DNA from: Nitrososphaerota archaeon
GTDB taxonomy: Archaea > Thermoproteota > Nitrososphaeria > Nitrososphaerales > Nitrosopumilaceae
Reading direction: 5' to 3'
DNA: 32,000 nt
NCBI GenBank assembly: GCA_005877205.1
Contig: VBPL01000016.1
Span: forward strand, 1,643-33,642
Shown here: positions 16,139 through 24,986 of the stretch, piece after piece
How the letters are laid out: the number at the start of each line of letters is the position of its first letter
Position numbering within the stretch: the stretch's first letter is position 1
Made by a program: the position numbers and the translations under genes
The notes under the pieces: model-generated
The model's database searches: none
The model's input: the letters and a program-made list of their open reading frames with translations, nothing else
Told to the model about the DNA's origin: nothing

Positions 16139-16627
16139 ATGGAAGTTATTCCTAGCGACAGGCTGGAACTTTTGGCAGAGATGGAGGAAAGATATGAAAG
16201 GAAAGACAAAGAATACTTTGTTCATCTCCTAGACCACAAAGATTTTGTAATTAGAACAAGAGCTGTTTGTATTCTTGTTGACATGGGAGGAGGGGACGTG
16301 GTTCCATATGTTGCCAAGGTTCTCAAGAATGATCTAAACGAACTAGTACGACATGAAGCGGCCTTCTCACTGGGGCAGATGTGTTACAGCATCGGAATAA
16401 AACCTCTTGAGGATGCAGTAAAAAATGACCATAGCTTCTTTGTCAGACACGAAGCTGTAATTGCACTAGGTGTGATAGGTTCTCAAGAAGCCAAAGACAC
16501 ACTACAGAAGGCCTTGGACGATCCTAGTGAACCAGTGAGAGAATCCGCTCTTGTTGCACTATCGAACCTAAAATTTATGGAGGAACTTAGCAAGAACGAG
16601 AAATTTGCAAGACTCACTGGAGGTTAA
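16139..16627 (+). CDS. HEAT-repeat (PBS-lyase HEAT-like) protein with two His-Glu motifs; half-size deoxyhypusine-hydroxylase-like
   Basis: Four repeats of the xVRxxAAxALG type: IRTRAVCILVDMG, VRHEAAFSLGQM, VRHEAVIALGVIG and VRESALVALSNL. HE is encoded at 16352-16357 and 16448-16453. The start is ambiguous (GTG 16133, ATG 16139 or ATG 16181). Confidence 0.8.
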   Translation: MEVIPSDRLELLAEMEERYERKDKEYFVHLLDHKDFVIRTRAVCILVDMGGGDVVPYVAKVLKNDLNELVRHEAAFSLGQMCYSIGIKPLEDAVKNDHSFFVRHEAVIALGVIGSQEAKDTLQKALDDPSEPVRESALVALSNLKFMEELSKNEKFARLTGG

Positions 16628-18702
16628 ATCGGAACGACTTTAGTTCCATCAGGTGTAGGTTCAAAACTGTATATTGTATCTATGTTGGAATTTTCAAAGA
16701 TTTCAGAATCATGAGTGATTATGATAAATTGAGATATTGCATCTAGGTTTGCCTCAAATGCTTGTGATAATACGTTGACCAATGATTTTCTTCTTTCTTG
16801 GTCTAAATGTGCCGTAGGCTCGTCTAGTATGATAAAGTTGAGATTAGAAGAACCCATAAGATGCGCCATGCCAAGTCGTAATGCTAGTGCTACACTGACC
16901 TTTTCTCCGCCACTCAAAGATTCCAATTCTAGCTGCGAGTTTCCAGAATAGCATGTTATTCCAATATCTCTCGACTTGTCTTCTAAGGTTATTCTATGAA
17001 TCGTTACGTTAAAGCTTGACAGGTATTCTGATGCTTTTTGAGATATTACATTTAGAGCCCAAGAACGCAAGCTTGTTGCAACAGGTCCATCTCTGTTGTA
17101 TATTTGGTTGCGAATGACCTCCAGCAATGAAATGTACTTGCGTACTGTTAAGAGCTCCTCGAGCACATGTGAAATTTTTTGTTGTTCGTGGCTTAGAGAT
17201 TTTAATTTTTCAGCTACAGCGCCAAGCTCTTGGTCTAGCATGCTAAGATGTCTGCGTTGCTGCTCCAAAGAGTTTCTTAGATTTTTGAAACTAACTGCAT
17301 CGAAATCTTTTGTTTCGTCAATTAGTGATGATATCTTACTTATTATCAATGACGAATGTGCGTCTATGGCAAGCTGCAAAAGATTGCCCACTGTACTTAT
17401 CTCTCTAGGTATTTTTTCTACGTTTCTTCTCAGATCTGAAATTTCTTCTCGTAGCGGAGTCAAGTCTCGCTCGTTTTTTACTCCATGTAAAGTCAGTGTC
17501 TGCTCTGCCTTGATAGCTTGTTTGATTATTGTCTCGAGTGTTTGTTTTTTTTCCTGAACAGAAACTTCTTGGGTGCTCAGGGCATCAATCTTCTTTTTCA
17601 AGATATCAAGTTCTTTTCGAATATGTTCTTGCTCAAAGAGTGGATTTAAGTGGTCAACTTTAGAATCGCAAACTGGACACTTGCCATCGATTAGCTTTAT
17701 CTTGCTTGCCAGTTCTTCTTGTCCGCTTATCTTGCTAATCTTTTCTAAAGTCTCTTTGATTTGTGTTCTGGTGTTGTCCAGTTGAGTTTCTAATTTTTTC
17801 AGTTCCGCTTCCTTGCCTGACTTGGAAGAGATAAATAAAAGACACTCAGTGCAGTCAGAGACCTTTTGCTCTTTTTGCAAGATCTCACTTTTGATAGAAG
17901 ATATTGCATTTTTGAGATACTGGGCAAGCTCCATCTTTCTATTTTCAAGCTCTTTTATCTTGGTCTCTTTTGGAGATTCCAGCTCAATTTTTTTTTGTAG
18001 TGCGGAAAATTCTTGTTCCTGTGTATTTTTCTCCGAGTCTAGCTTGGTTTTTTGTGGCAGGGTCTTGACAATTTCCTTTGTGATTGACTCTAGCCTTGAT
18101 TGTAAAATGTCAATGGAAGTATCATCATACTCTAATTGGCTTTTAATTGATTCCCTAAAAGAATCAATTATCTTTTTCATCAGTTCATAAGCTACATCGA
18201 GCTTGTCTATTCCGATAACCGCATTCACGAGTTCTTTGAATTTTCTTGGATCTGCATCAATTATGGACTGTAATTCGCCTTGTTGAACTATAGAGGCTAC
18301 CTTTAGCTTCTCAAAATCTAGACCAATTATCTTCTCTATGGTTCTAGTCATGGATTCTCCAAACTGTTTTCTTTCTCCAGCGGCAAGCGGAGTTAGCTCC
18401 TTACCTACTTTCTGATATAACTGAGCTGAGATAGTTCCTTTGGAATCTATTTTACGGATTGCTACAAACTCCTTATTTCTTGCCGTAAATTCTACCTTAG
18501 CAAAGGCCTGGCTACTTCCTCTGCGAACAAGTCCCTTGGTTGAATTCCTAATATGTGCGCCAAATAGTGCAAACGTAATTCCATCAATTATACTAGATTT
18601 TCCAGCTCCGTTTGCGCCTACGAAGACAGTAACACCTTTGCCAAATTCTAACTTCGTGTTACTATGTGAAATAAAGTTTGCTAGCTCAACTGATTGTAGC
18701 AT
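16624..18702 (-). CDS. rad50: DNA double-strand break repair ATPase Rad50 (compact, 692 aa)
   Basis: Walker A GANGAGKSS, central zinc hook CPVC, signature LSGGEKVSVALALRL and Walker B FIILDEPTAHLD. Long coiled-coil regions lie between the ATPase halves. Confidence 0.95.
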   Translation of the reverse strand: MLQSVELANFISHSNTKLEFGKGVTVFVGANGAGKSSIIDGITFALFGAHIRNSTKGLVRRGSSQAFAKVEFTARNKEFVAIRKIDSKGTISAQLYQKVGKELTPLAAGERKQFGESMTRTIEKIIGLDFEKLKVASIVQQGELQSIIDADPRKFKELVNAVIGIDKLDVAYELMKKIIDSFRESIKSQLEYDDTSIDILQSRLESITKEIVKTLPQKTKLDSEKNTQEQEFSALQKKIELESPKETKIKELENRKMELAQYLKNAISSIKSEILQKEQKVSDCTECLLFISSKSGKEAELKKLETQLDNTRTQIKETLEKISKISGQEELASKIKLIDGKCPVCDSKVDHLNPLFEQEHIRKELDILKKKIDALSTQEVSVQEKKQTLETIIKQAIKAEQTLTLHGVKNERDLTPLREEISDLRRNVEKIPREISTVGNLLQLAIDAHSSLIISKISSLIDETKDFDAVSFKNLRNSLEQQRRHLSMLDQELGAVAEKLKSLSHEQQKISHVLEELLTVRKYISLLEVIRNQIYNRDGPVATSLRSWALNVISQKASEYLSSFNVTIHRITLEDKSRDIGITCYSGNSQLELESLSGGEKVSVALALRLGMAHLMGSSNLNFIILDEPTAHLDQERRKSLVNVLSQAFEANLDAISQFIIITHDSEIFENSNIDTIYSFEPTPDGTKVVPI

Positions 18703-19840
18703 TTTTCAAAACCTCCTTTATGCGACTGAAATTTTCCTTAATAAGATGATTGGCTTCTTGGGTATTTCCTTTAGTTAAGGCTGGTAATAGCTCATGAATG
18801 GCAAAATTTGCAAGATCATCTGAGTGGAGGATTTTTTTTGCTACCTTGGACATTTCCTCTTCTACATTCATCGGGCTCTGCATCAATACCGAACCGCTTG
18901 CTTCGGTAGTCGATACTGCCTTCCAGAAACATCTTAGGGTTAGATTTGATAGGTTTGCTATCTGTGCCTGAACATGTTCTGGCTCTATCTTGTCTCCACT
19001 GATTCGAATCTCTACAACGGGTTTTCTGTTAAATGATTCTATCTTTTCAGCAAGTGCGTGTATTTCATATGCTATCTTTCCAAGTGTGGTCTTTACTGAA
19101 AATTGTGGACGAATGTCAAGCTTTATCCAATTAGGTGCAGCCTCTGGTCTTGACAGGTCTACCTCAAAGAACCCTTTTTGTGTCTCTTTGATTGTCTCAC
19201 TTGATGTAATCTCAATAGAGCCAGGATAGGCAAGAGGACCATTGAGATGAGAAAATTTTTTGAGTTCCTTTTCATGAAGATGTCCCATTGCATAGTAGGT
19301 AAAATTTTTTGGAAGATCCCTTGCACTGATCTCACCTGCAAATTTGTTTATTTCAGAAATTCCTTGATGAAGAACTAGAATTTTGTGGCCGTTGTGATTT
19401 TTTGCATCATTATGAGCTAAGGCAAAATCGTTTTCAAATGTGTGTATCTCACTTTGTCTGCGTTTGTCGTAGCCTAATATCAATACATCTTTGTAATTTA
19501 TGGGCTTGCCGTTTCCAACGTATCGTGAGAATCCTAGGTTATGGTACACAAATGAAACCGGCGTTGCTCTAATTCTACTAATGTCATGCTCACCTAAGAC
19601 AAAAAATGAATCAATGTTATTTTCTTTTAGTCGCTTTAGTGCATTTGCCAAGACCACAATGGCTTTTCCGCTTGGATTAGGTACGTGAAAAATGTCTCCA
19701 GCAAATACTACAAAATCAACATGGTCTTTTATCGAAATATCAACAGCTTGATTGAATGCAAGATACACATCTTCTTCTCGTTCTTCTGAATGATATTGAA
19801 CAAAACCAAGATGTGTATCAGAAATATGTGAAAATAACAT
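18686..19840 (-). CDS. mre11: DNA double-strand break repair nuclease Mre11
   Basis: Phosphoesterase motifs DTHLG, GDIFH, GEHD, LHQG and GHLH. It overlaps the rad50 start by 17 nt. Confidence 0.95.
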   Translation of the reverse strand: MLFSHISDTHLGFVQYHSEEREEDVYLAFNQAVDISIKDHVDFVVFAGDIFHVPNPSGKAIVVLANALKRLKENNIDSFFVLGEHDISRIRATPVSFVYHNLGFSRYVGNGKPINYKDVLILGYDKRRQSEIHTFENDFALAHNDAKNHNGHKILVLHQGISEINKFAGEISARDLPKNFTYYAMGHLHEKELKKFSHLNGPLAYPGSIEITSSETIKETQKGFFEVDLSRPEAAPNWIKLDIRPQFSVKTTLGKIAYEIHALAEKIESFNRKPVVEIRISGDKIEPEHVQAQIANLSNLTLRCFWKAVSTTEASGSVLMQSPMNVEEEMSKVAKKILHSDDLANFAIHELLPALTKGNTQEANHLIKENFSRIKEVLKNATIS

Positions 19841-19841
19841 T

Positions 19842-21362
19842 TCAATCTAGTAGGAGGTCTTTTTGAATCAGGCCTTGTGTAGACTCCCTTGCTATTTCTT
19901 TGAATTTATCTGCCTGACTCCATTCAGAGACAGCATCTAAGTCTGAGCCAGTCTTTTTGCCTTTAACCTCGTCTACATGTACAAGTGAGGGTAGATTGAC
20001 CCACTGCCCTATGAGTATAGCATCGCCGATATTCAGTGAGGAAAGTTGAGACAAGAGGTCCTTGCTTAGAGATTCAGCAGCTGAGGCAATCTGCTGTTGG
20101 TCATCGTCTTGAACTATTTTCATTATGGCAAGTGAGCCCATTTGACTGAGGACGTTGGGATCTATGTTTCTGGGTCGTTGTGATACTATGCCAAGGCCGA
20201 TTCCAAACTTGCGGCCTTCCCTTGCTACCTTTGATGCCCAGTATTTGGTATCTGTATGCTCTCCTTTTGGAACAAAGACATGGGCTTCTTCTATTATGAC
20301 AAAGATAGGTGCAAGAAATCTATGTGCTCTTTTGTGAGAATCCTTTCCTTTTCTTTCCCACACTGATTCTTTTCTTTGTTGTAATAGTTCCTGCAGATAA
20401 TATGATAATGCGGCATTTGCCTGTCTTTCGCTAAGCTCTGCCACATTGAGCACATTTACTCTGCTTTCCTTGATCAAATCAACAGGATCCCCACAGTCTG
20501 GATCCAAAATATCTGAAAATCTATGCTTTGCGTCATCAATTTTGTCAAGAACTCTGCTTGCGCTGTCCGCATATCCTTTTGTTGAATGACCATATGCAGA
20601 AACACTCTCTTCTAATGCGGTCCAGAAGTCTTTTGCTTGCTTGACTGAATCTGTAAATGATTCCCGTAATACACGTTGTTGTTTGTCAGCGTTTTCACGC
20701 AGTTCTATTACTTCAGCTAATTTGTCTCCAGGTAAGAGTCGCGGATTTATCTTTGTGGCCATGTAGTTGATTCTGGACACAGCAAGATTTTCATAGTCAT
20801 TATGATAATCGAAAATAACCAAGGTTCCACTCAGCGACGAAAGGTGTTTTGCAATAAGGGACACTAGGTTGCTCTTGCCCATCCCAGTCATGGCAAGAAT
20901 TCCAAGATGTCTTGATACAATCTTGTTTACGTTTATTTGTGCTTCAATACCTATGTTTCTGAGAAGCGTTCCAATCCTAATCCATTCTTTTCCGCTTGGA
21001 CTGAAAATTGTTCCAAGGTCTTTTTCTGTAGCTTCTAAAACAGAGGTTCCAGGAAGTGGTGGAACAGCTGGAAGAACAACTTGGCCCCTCTGGAGTTTAT
21101 CCAAAAATCCAAGAACCCCAATTTTTACTTTGTAGTTCTTGTCTCTTGAATTAAGATCAGCAACCTCCTTACTTTCTATTGCTTCGTCAAAGTTCCTGAC
21201 ATCAGTGAGGGCCTCGCTCGATATTATTGACTTTTCAACAAGGCCTAAAATCTTACCGTTTTGTGAATCGATTATCACATATTCTCCTACTGATAATGGC
21301 CTTGATGACTGTGCCGATACCACTGTAGACTTGGATTCTCCAATTACTATGCCTACTGTCAA
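19842..21362 (-). CDS. herA: HerA bipolar DNA helicase (FtsK/HerA superfamily ATPase)
   Basis: N-terminal HAS-barrel-like region (GEYVIIDS...GLV), Walker A AMTGMGKSN and Walker B VIIEEAHVF. There is a 4-nt overlap with the nurA stop. Confidence 0.9.
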   Translation of the reverse strand: MTVGIVIGESKSTVVSAQSSRPLSVGEYVIIDSQNGKILGLVEKSIISSEALTDVRNFDEAIESKEVADLNSRDKNYKVKIGVLGFLDKLQRGQVVLPAVPPLPGTSVLEATEKDLGTIFSPSGKEWIRIGTLLRNIGIEAQINVNKIVSRHLGILAMTGMGKSNLVSLIAKHLSSLSGTLVIFDYHNDYENLAVSRINYMATKINPRLLPGDKLAEVIELRENADKQQRVLRESFTDSVKQAKDFWTALEESVSAYGHSTKGYADSASRVLDKIDDAKHRFSDILDPDCGDPVDLIKESRVNVLNVAELSERQANAALSYYLQELLQQRKESVWERKGKDSHKRAHRFLAPIFVIIEEAHVFVPKGEHTDTKYWASKVAREGRKFGIGLGIVSQRPRNIDPNVLSQMGSLAIMKIVQDDDQQQIASAAESLSKDLLSQLSSLNIGDAILIGQWVNLPSLVHVDEVKGKKTGSDLDAVSEWSQADKFKEIARESTQGLIQKDLLLD

Positions 21363-22198
21363 TTCAGCACCTCCCTTGAACCAACTTCATTTGCAAGTCC
21401 ATATAGACTAACAAGTCTTGAAAGATCCGCATTTGTTATCTTACAGCTTTCATGCGCAAGCTTTAACGCGTAAGGATATCCAGAGACACTATTTGTCGTC
21501 AACATGTCCAAAAGTGACTTAATTTCAGATTCTTTATGGTCTACTCCAAACAATTCGATCTTGATTAATGGAGTAGAGTCTCGGAGTCTTGCATATACAT
21601 AAGAAACAACCTTGCCAGGTCCCAAGTCTTTGTCTACAAAAATCTTGCTAAACCCAGGTTTTTTCAATGCATGATTATAATAAAATATGTCACCAGCTTC
21701 TGAACCAAGTTTTTCAAACTGTTTTCTTGCAGATGAAGTCTTTGATATGAACACTACATTCTGTCTTTTCTTTATGGCCAAAGTTACAGCCTGTCCCAAA
21801 GAGGATTGTCTTGTAAGAAACTGCGAATAAAGTGAGCCATCTAGGGCCACCAAGTCTGCCTCATTAACGGAAGCAGTACATGCTTCTACTTCCATCTTGC
21901 TTGCCTGCATCTCAAGTTCAGGAGAAGGTTGACCTAGGCCTTGATTGTGGATTTCTTTTATTACTATGCCACTAGATTTGATAGAAACAGCCGTTACTAC
22001 CCATAACTCCAGGCCTTGAAACTTTGTACTGTTGTAACTACTGTCTATTCCAGCTATGACTGAGTTGCGTTTTTGAGGATCGTACTCTACCCAGTTAGCT
22101 CGTGCTGCTTGAATAACCTGCTCAAATCTCTTGCCTTTGAAGATGGATCTAGCTTCATCTCGCTTCTTTAGGGCATCTCGGTACACTGTATTGAGCAT
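21359..22198 (-). CDS. nurA: NurA 5'-3' nuclease
   Basis: IAGIDSS and ALDGSL acidic-residue motifs of the NurA domain, plus operon context with herA. I prefer ATG at 22198 (MLNTVYRD...) to the track start at 22246. Confidence 0.85.
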   Translation of the reverse strand: MLNTVYRDALKKRDEARSIFKGKRFEQVIQAARANWVEYDPQKRNSVIAGIDSSYNSTKFQGLELWVVTAVSIKSSGIVIKEIHNQGLGQPSPELEMQASKMEVEACTASVNEADLVALDGSLYSQFLTRQSSLGQAVTLAIKKRQNVVFISKTSSARKQFEKLGSEAGDIFYYNHALKKPGFSKIFVDKDLGPGKVVSYVYARLRDSTPLIKIELFGVDHKESEIKSLLDMLTTNSVSGYPYALKLAHESCKITNADLSRLVSLYGLANEVGSREVLN

Positions 22199-22273
22199 AA
22201 AAATCCTTTGTATGCACAGATAAAATGTTTCGTGTTTGAAATACATTAGCGTTCAAGTTAACAAATAATCAAT

Positions 22274-22369
22274 CTATTCATAATTGTCTAACATGGTTAG
22301 GCAATAATTGCAAACTGGATAACCATTATCTTCGTATTCTGCCTTACATCGCTTGCAGATCTTGTTCAT
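22274..22369 (-). CDS. Possible 31-aa zinc-ribbon mini-protein upstream of nurA
   Basis: Hand translation gives MNKICKRCKAEYEDNGYPVCNYCLTMLDNYE, with two CxxC pairs 11 residues apart. It is on the same strand as the nurA operon. It is very short, so it could be a chance ORF. Confidence 0.3.
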   Translation of the reverse strand: MNKICKRCKAEYEDNGYPVCNYCLTMLDNYE

Positions 22370-22452
22370 ATATATCTAATTGGGGCTCAACTTAATTTCA
22401 TTATCGGATGCCAGCAGCTAACTAATTTATGTGGTTATGGCATAATACAATC

Positions 22453-24018
22453 ATGTTCGAAAACGAAAAGACCTGGGCCAAATATTCAGCAAACAATTCA
22501 ACAGATGAATTTCATAAAAAATTTGATCAGGCAATAGAGCAGGAGCGCAAAGATTTTGGCAAAAACTATCCTATGATTATGGCAGGAAAAGAAGTATTTT
22601 CTAATAATCAATTTCAGGTAAGGTCTCCTGTGGATAAGAAACTAGTTCTAGCAAGTTTCCCTCTTGCATCGCAAGAAGACACATTACATGCAATCGAATC
22701 TGCAAGAGAAGCTTTTCAGAACTGGTCTTTTGTTCCATATAAAAGAAAGGCCGAGATCTTTCGTGAAGTGGCAGATATCTTTTCACAAAATAAATTCAAT
22801 CTTGCAGCAATAATGAGTTTTGAAAATGGGAAGAATCGCCTAGAAGCCATGGGTGATTTGGACGAAGCAATCGACTTTATGAGGTTCTACGCAGAACAGC
22901 TTGAGATAAACGAAGGTTTCTCAAAAGAGACAAAGAGTGCCTATCCAAACGAAAAGACTAGAAGTGTCCTGAAACCTTATGGTGTGTGGGGGATAATATC
23001 TCCATTCAACTTTCCATCCGCAATAGCAATAGGAATGACCTCAGGCGCACTAATAACGGGCAATACGGTTGTGCTCAAACCTTCAAGTGATACTCCTATA
23101 TCAGCATTCAAATTTGTTGAAGCAATTTATCATAGGTTGCCCCCTGCTGCAATAAATTTCGTCACAGGTGCAGGAAGTGTTGTCGGAAAAACTCTTTTTG
23201 AAAGTCTACTCGTTGATGGGATTGCATTTACGGGTTCAAAGGAGGTGGGCATGTCAGGCTTTAAGACATTTGTAGAAAAAAGGCCAAGACCATTTATATC
23301 TGAAATGGGAGGAAAGAATCCAGCAATAATTGCAAAGACTGCTGATTTAGAAAAGGCAACTGATGGTGTATTGCGCGCGGCCTTTGGATACAGCGGCCAA
23401 AAATGTAGTGCATGTTCAAGAGTGTATGTTCACAAAGATATTGCAAACCAATTCCTTGAAAAATTAGTGGCAAAGACAAGATCACTGAAAATTGGAAAAC
23501 CATGGGAAAAGGATGTATTCGTTGGTCCAGTCATAAATGAGGCAGCAGTTAAAAAATTCAATCGAGCTTCAGAAATCGCAAGGAAGGACGGCAAAATAGT
23601 CTGTGGCGGTTCAGTATTGTCTGATTCACAATTTGGAGACGGCAATTTTGTTGAACCAACCATTGTGACTGATCTTCCAAAAGATCATGAATTGATAAAG
23701 GAAGAACTTTTCTTGCCGTTTCTATGTGTTGAACAATTTGAGAATTTTGATGAAGCTCTAGAACTAGCCAACAAAAGTAACTATGGTCTAACAGCGGGAG
23801 TCTTTAGTAAAGATAAAAACGAGATTCAAGCTTTCTTTGAAAAAATTGAGGCCGGAGTTACTTATGCTAACAGAGCCGCTAGTGCCACAACTGGTGCTAT
23901 GGTTGGAGGCCAACCTTTTGTAGGCTGGAAAGACTCGGGAATATCTGGCAAGGGAGCTGGTGGCGCATATTACCTTATGCAATTTATGAGGGAGCAGACT
24001 CAGACCCGGTGCGAGTGA
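22453..24018 (+). CDS. 1-pyrroline-5-carboxylate dehydrogenase (aldehyde dehydrogenase family)
   Basis: ALDH motifs FTGSKEVG, EMGGKNP and catalytic GQKCSACSR. It neighbours proline dehydrogenase. ATG 22453 is preferred because an AT-rich TATA-like box (taatttat) lies about 30 nt upstream and would overlap the alternative ATG at 22429. Confidence 0.9.
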   Translation: MFENEKTWAKYSANNSTDEFHKKFDQAIEQERKDFGKNYPMIMAGKEVFSNNQFQVRSPVDKKLVLASFPLASQEDTLHAIESAREAFQNWSFVPYKRKAEIFREVADIFSQNKFNLAAIMSFENGKNRLEAMGDLDEAIDFMRFYAEQLEINEGFSKETKSAYPNEKTRSVLKPYGVWGIISPFNFPSAIAIGMTSGALITGNTVVLKPSSDTPISAFKFVEAIYHRLPPAAINFVTGAGSVVGKTLFESLLVDGIAFTGSKEVGMSGFKTFVEKRPRPFISEMGGKNPAIIAKTADLEKATDGVLRAAFGYSGQKCSACSRVYVHKDIANQFLEKLVAKTRSLKIGKPWEKDVFVGPVINEAAVKKFNRASEIARKDGKIVCGGSVLSDSQFGDGNFVEPTIVTDLPKDHELIKEELFLPFLCVEQFENFDEALELANKSNYGLTAGVFSKDKNEIQAFFEKIEAGVTYANRAASATTGAMVGGQPFVGWKDSGISGKGAGGAYYLMQFMREQTQTRCE

Positions 24019-24875
24019 AGGAACGAGCTTCCTAGAAGTAAGATATTACGCTTTCTCTCTTTCAACCTTCTGATGGAATAGGGAAGCCAGTTGGTTCCAT
24101 AAGGAATGTATTCTGAAACCGAAAATCCGCTTTTTATTAGAACTGGTTTCAATTCATCACGTATTCCTTTCAACATTTGGAATTCGAATTTTTTCTGATG
24201 AATCTCTGAAAGATTTATGGCAAGATCGATTAATTTTGCGTCATGGGTAGCAATTCCAAACTCGTTGCCTTTGATAAAAAGCATTTGCGTCAATTTCTTA
24301 TAATTTTCGTCAACTTCATGTCTTGTCTTATATGCAGTACTCTTATTCTCCCGATAGGCACCCTTTACTAATCGTATCTTGGCTCCTTTGTCCAAGAGTG
24401 TTTCTAAATCACTCTCTGTTCGTTTTAGGTTGGCCTGAATTGCCAGTGCAAGTCTTTCGTATTTTTCAAACAAACTCAGGTAAACCTTGATTGTGTCATC
24501 AGTGTATTCGGACGATTCCATGTCTATCCAAACAAATGAGTTGTACTGTGAGGCCTCTTCAGCGATTATTCCAAAATTATTTAGACATTCTCCAAAACCC
24601 CGTGCCAATCCCACCTGAGTTGGCTTGACAGATATTCCTCCTGATACCTTGTATTTACTCAACTTTGAAACTAGAGTCAAATATTCTAATACGGTTTTGT
24701 CTACTTGAGCCTTAGATGTACTGTGCTCACCAAGTCTGTTTATTATTGCACCCATGCCATTTTTGTTTGCTTGAATAGCTGATTTCAAAGCCTCAGCCAT
24801 AGTATCTCCAGCTATCCACTTTTTTGCTATTCTAAACAGAAATTTTTCTATAAGCGGAGACTCGTACTCTTCCAA
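24000..24875 (-). CDS. Proline dehydrogenase (monofunctional PutA-like PRODH)
   Basis: (beta/alpha)8 PRODH pattern including IRLVKGAY and C-terminal LPYSIRRLKER. It is paired with P5C dehydrogenase. Confidence 0.85.
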   Translation of the reverse strand: MEEYESPLIEKFLFRIAKKWIAGDTMAEALKSAIQANKNGMGAIINRLGEHSTSKAQVDKTVLEYLTLVSKLSKYKVSGGISVKPTQVGLARGFGECLNNFGIIAEEASQYNSFVWIDMESSEYTDDTIKVYLSLFEKYERLALAIQANLKRTESDLETLLDKGAKIRLVKGAYRENKSTAYKTRHEVDENYKKLTQMLFIKGNEFGIATHDAKLIDLAINLSEIHQKKFEFQMLKGIRDELKPVLIKSGFSVSEYIPYGTNWLPYSIRRLKERKRNILLLGSSFLHSHRV

Positions 24876-24986
24876 TTATTTCCTCTAACTCCATAACTTG
24901 CCACGTAAATTGCATAATTCAATTTTGTGTTATTTCAGAACAGCCGATAACAGATTTAACAAGGACTTGTCCCAAAAGGATGTGAA

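Noticed and set aside
16100-16225. A 42-aa N-terminal extension of the 15641-16225 ORF.
   Set aside because: The extension (MNKVFFVFPFISFLHLCQ...) overlaps the divergent HEAT gene and its promoter space. An internal ATG at 16099 gives a compact gene.
17096-18778. Long plus-strand ORFs (153, 70, 125 and 112 aa) antisense to rad50.
   Set aside because: Their products are Ser/Leu/Phe/Cys-rich low-complexity sequence. That is typical of the reverse complement of Lys/Glu-rich coiled-coil codons. The rad50 frame carries all the functional motifs.
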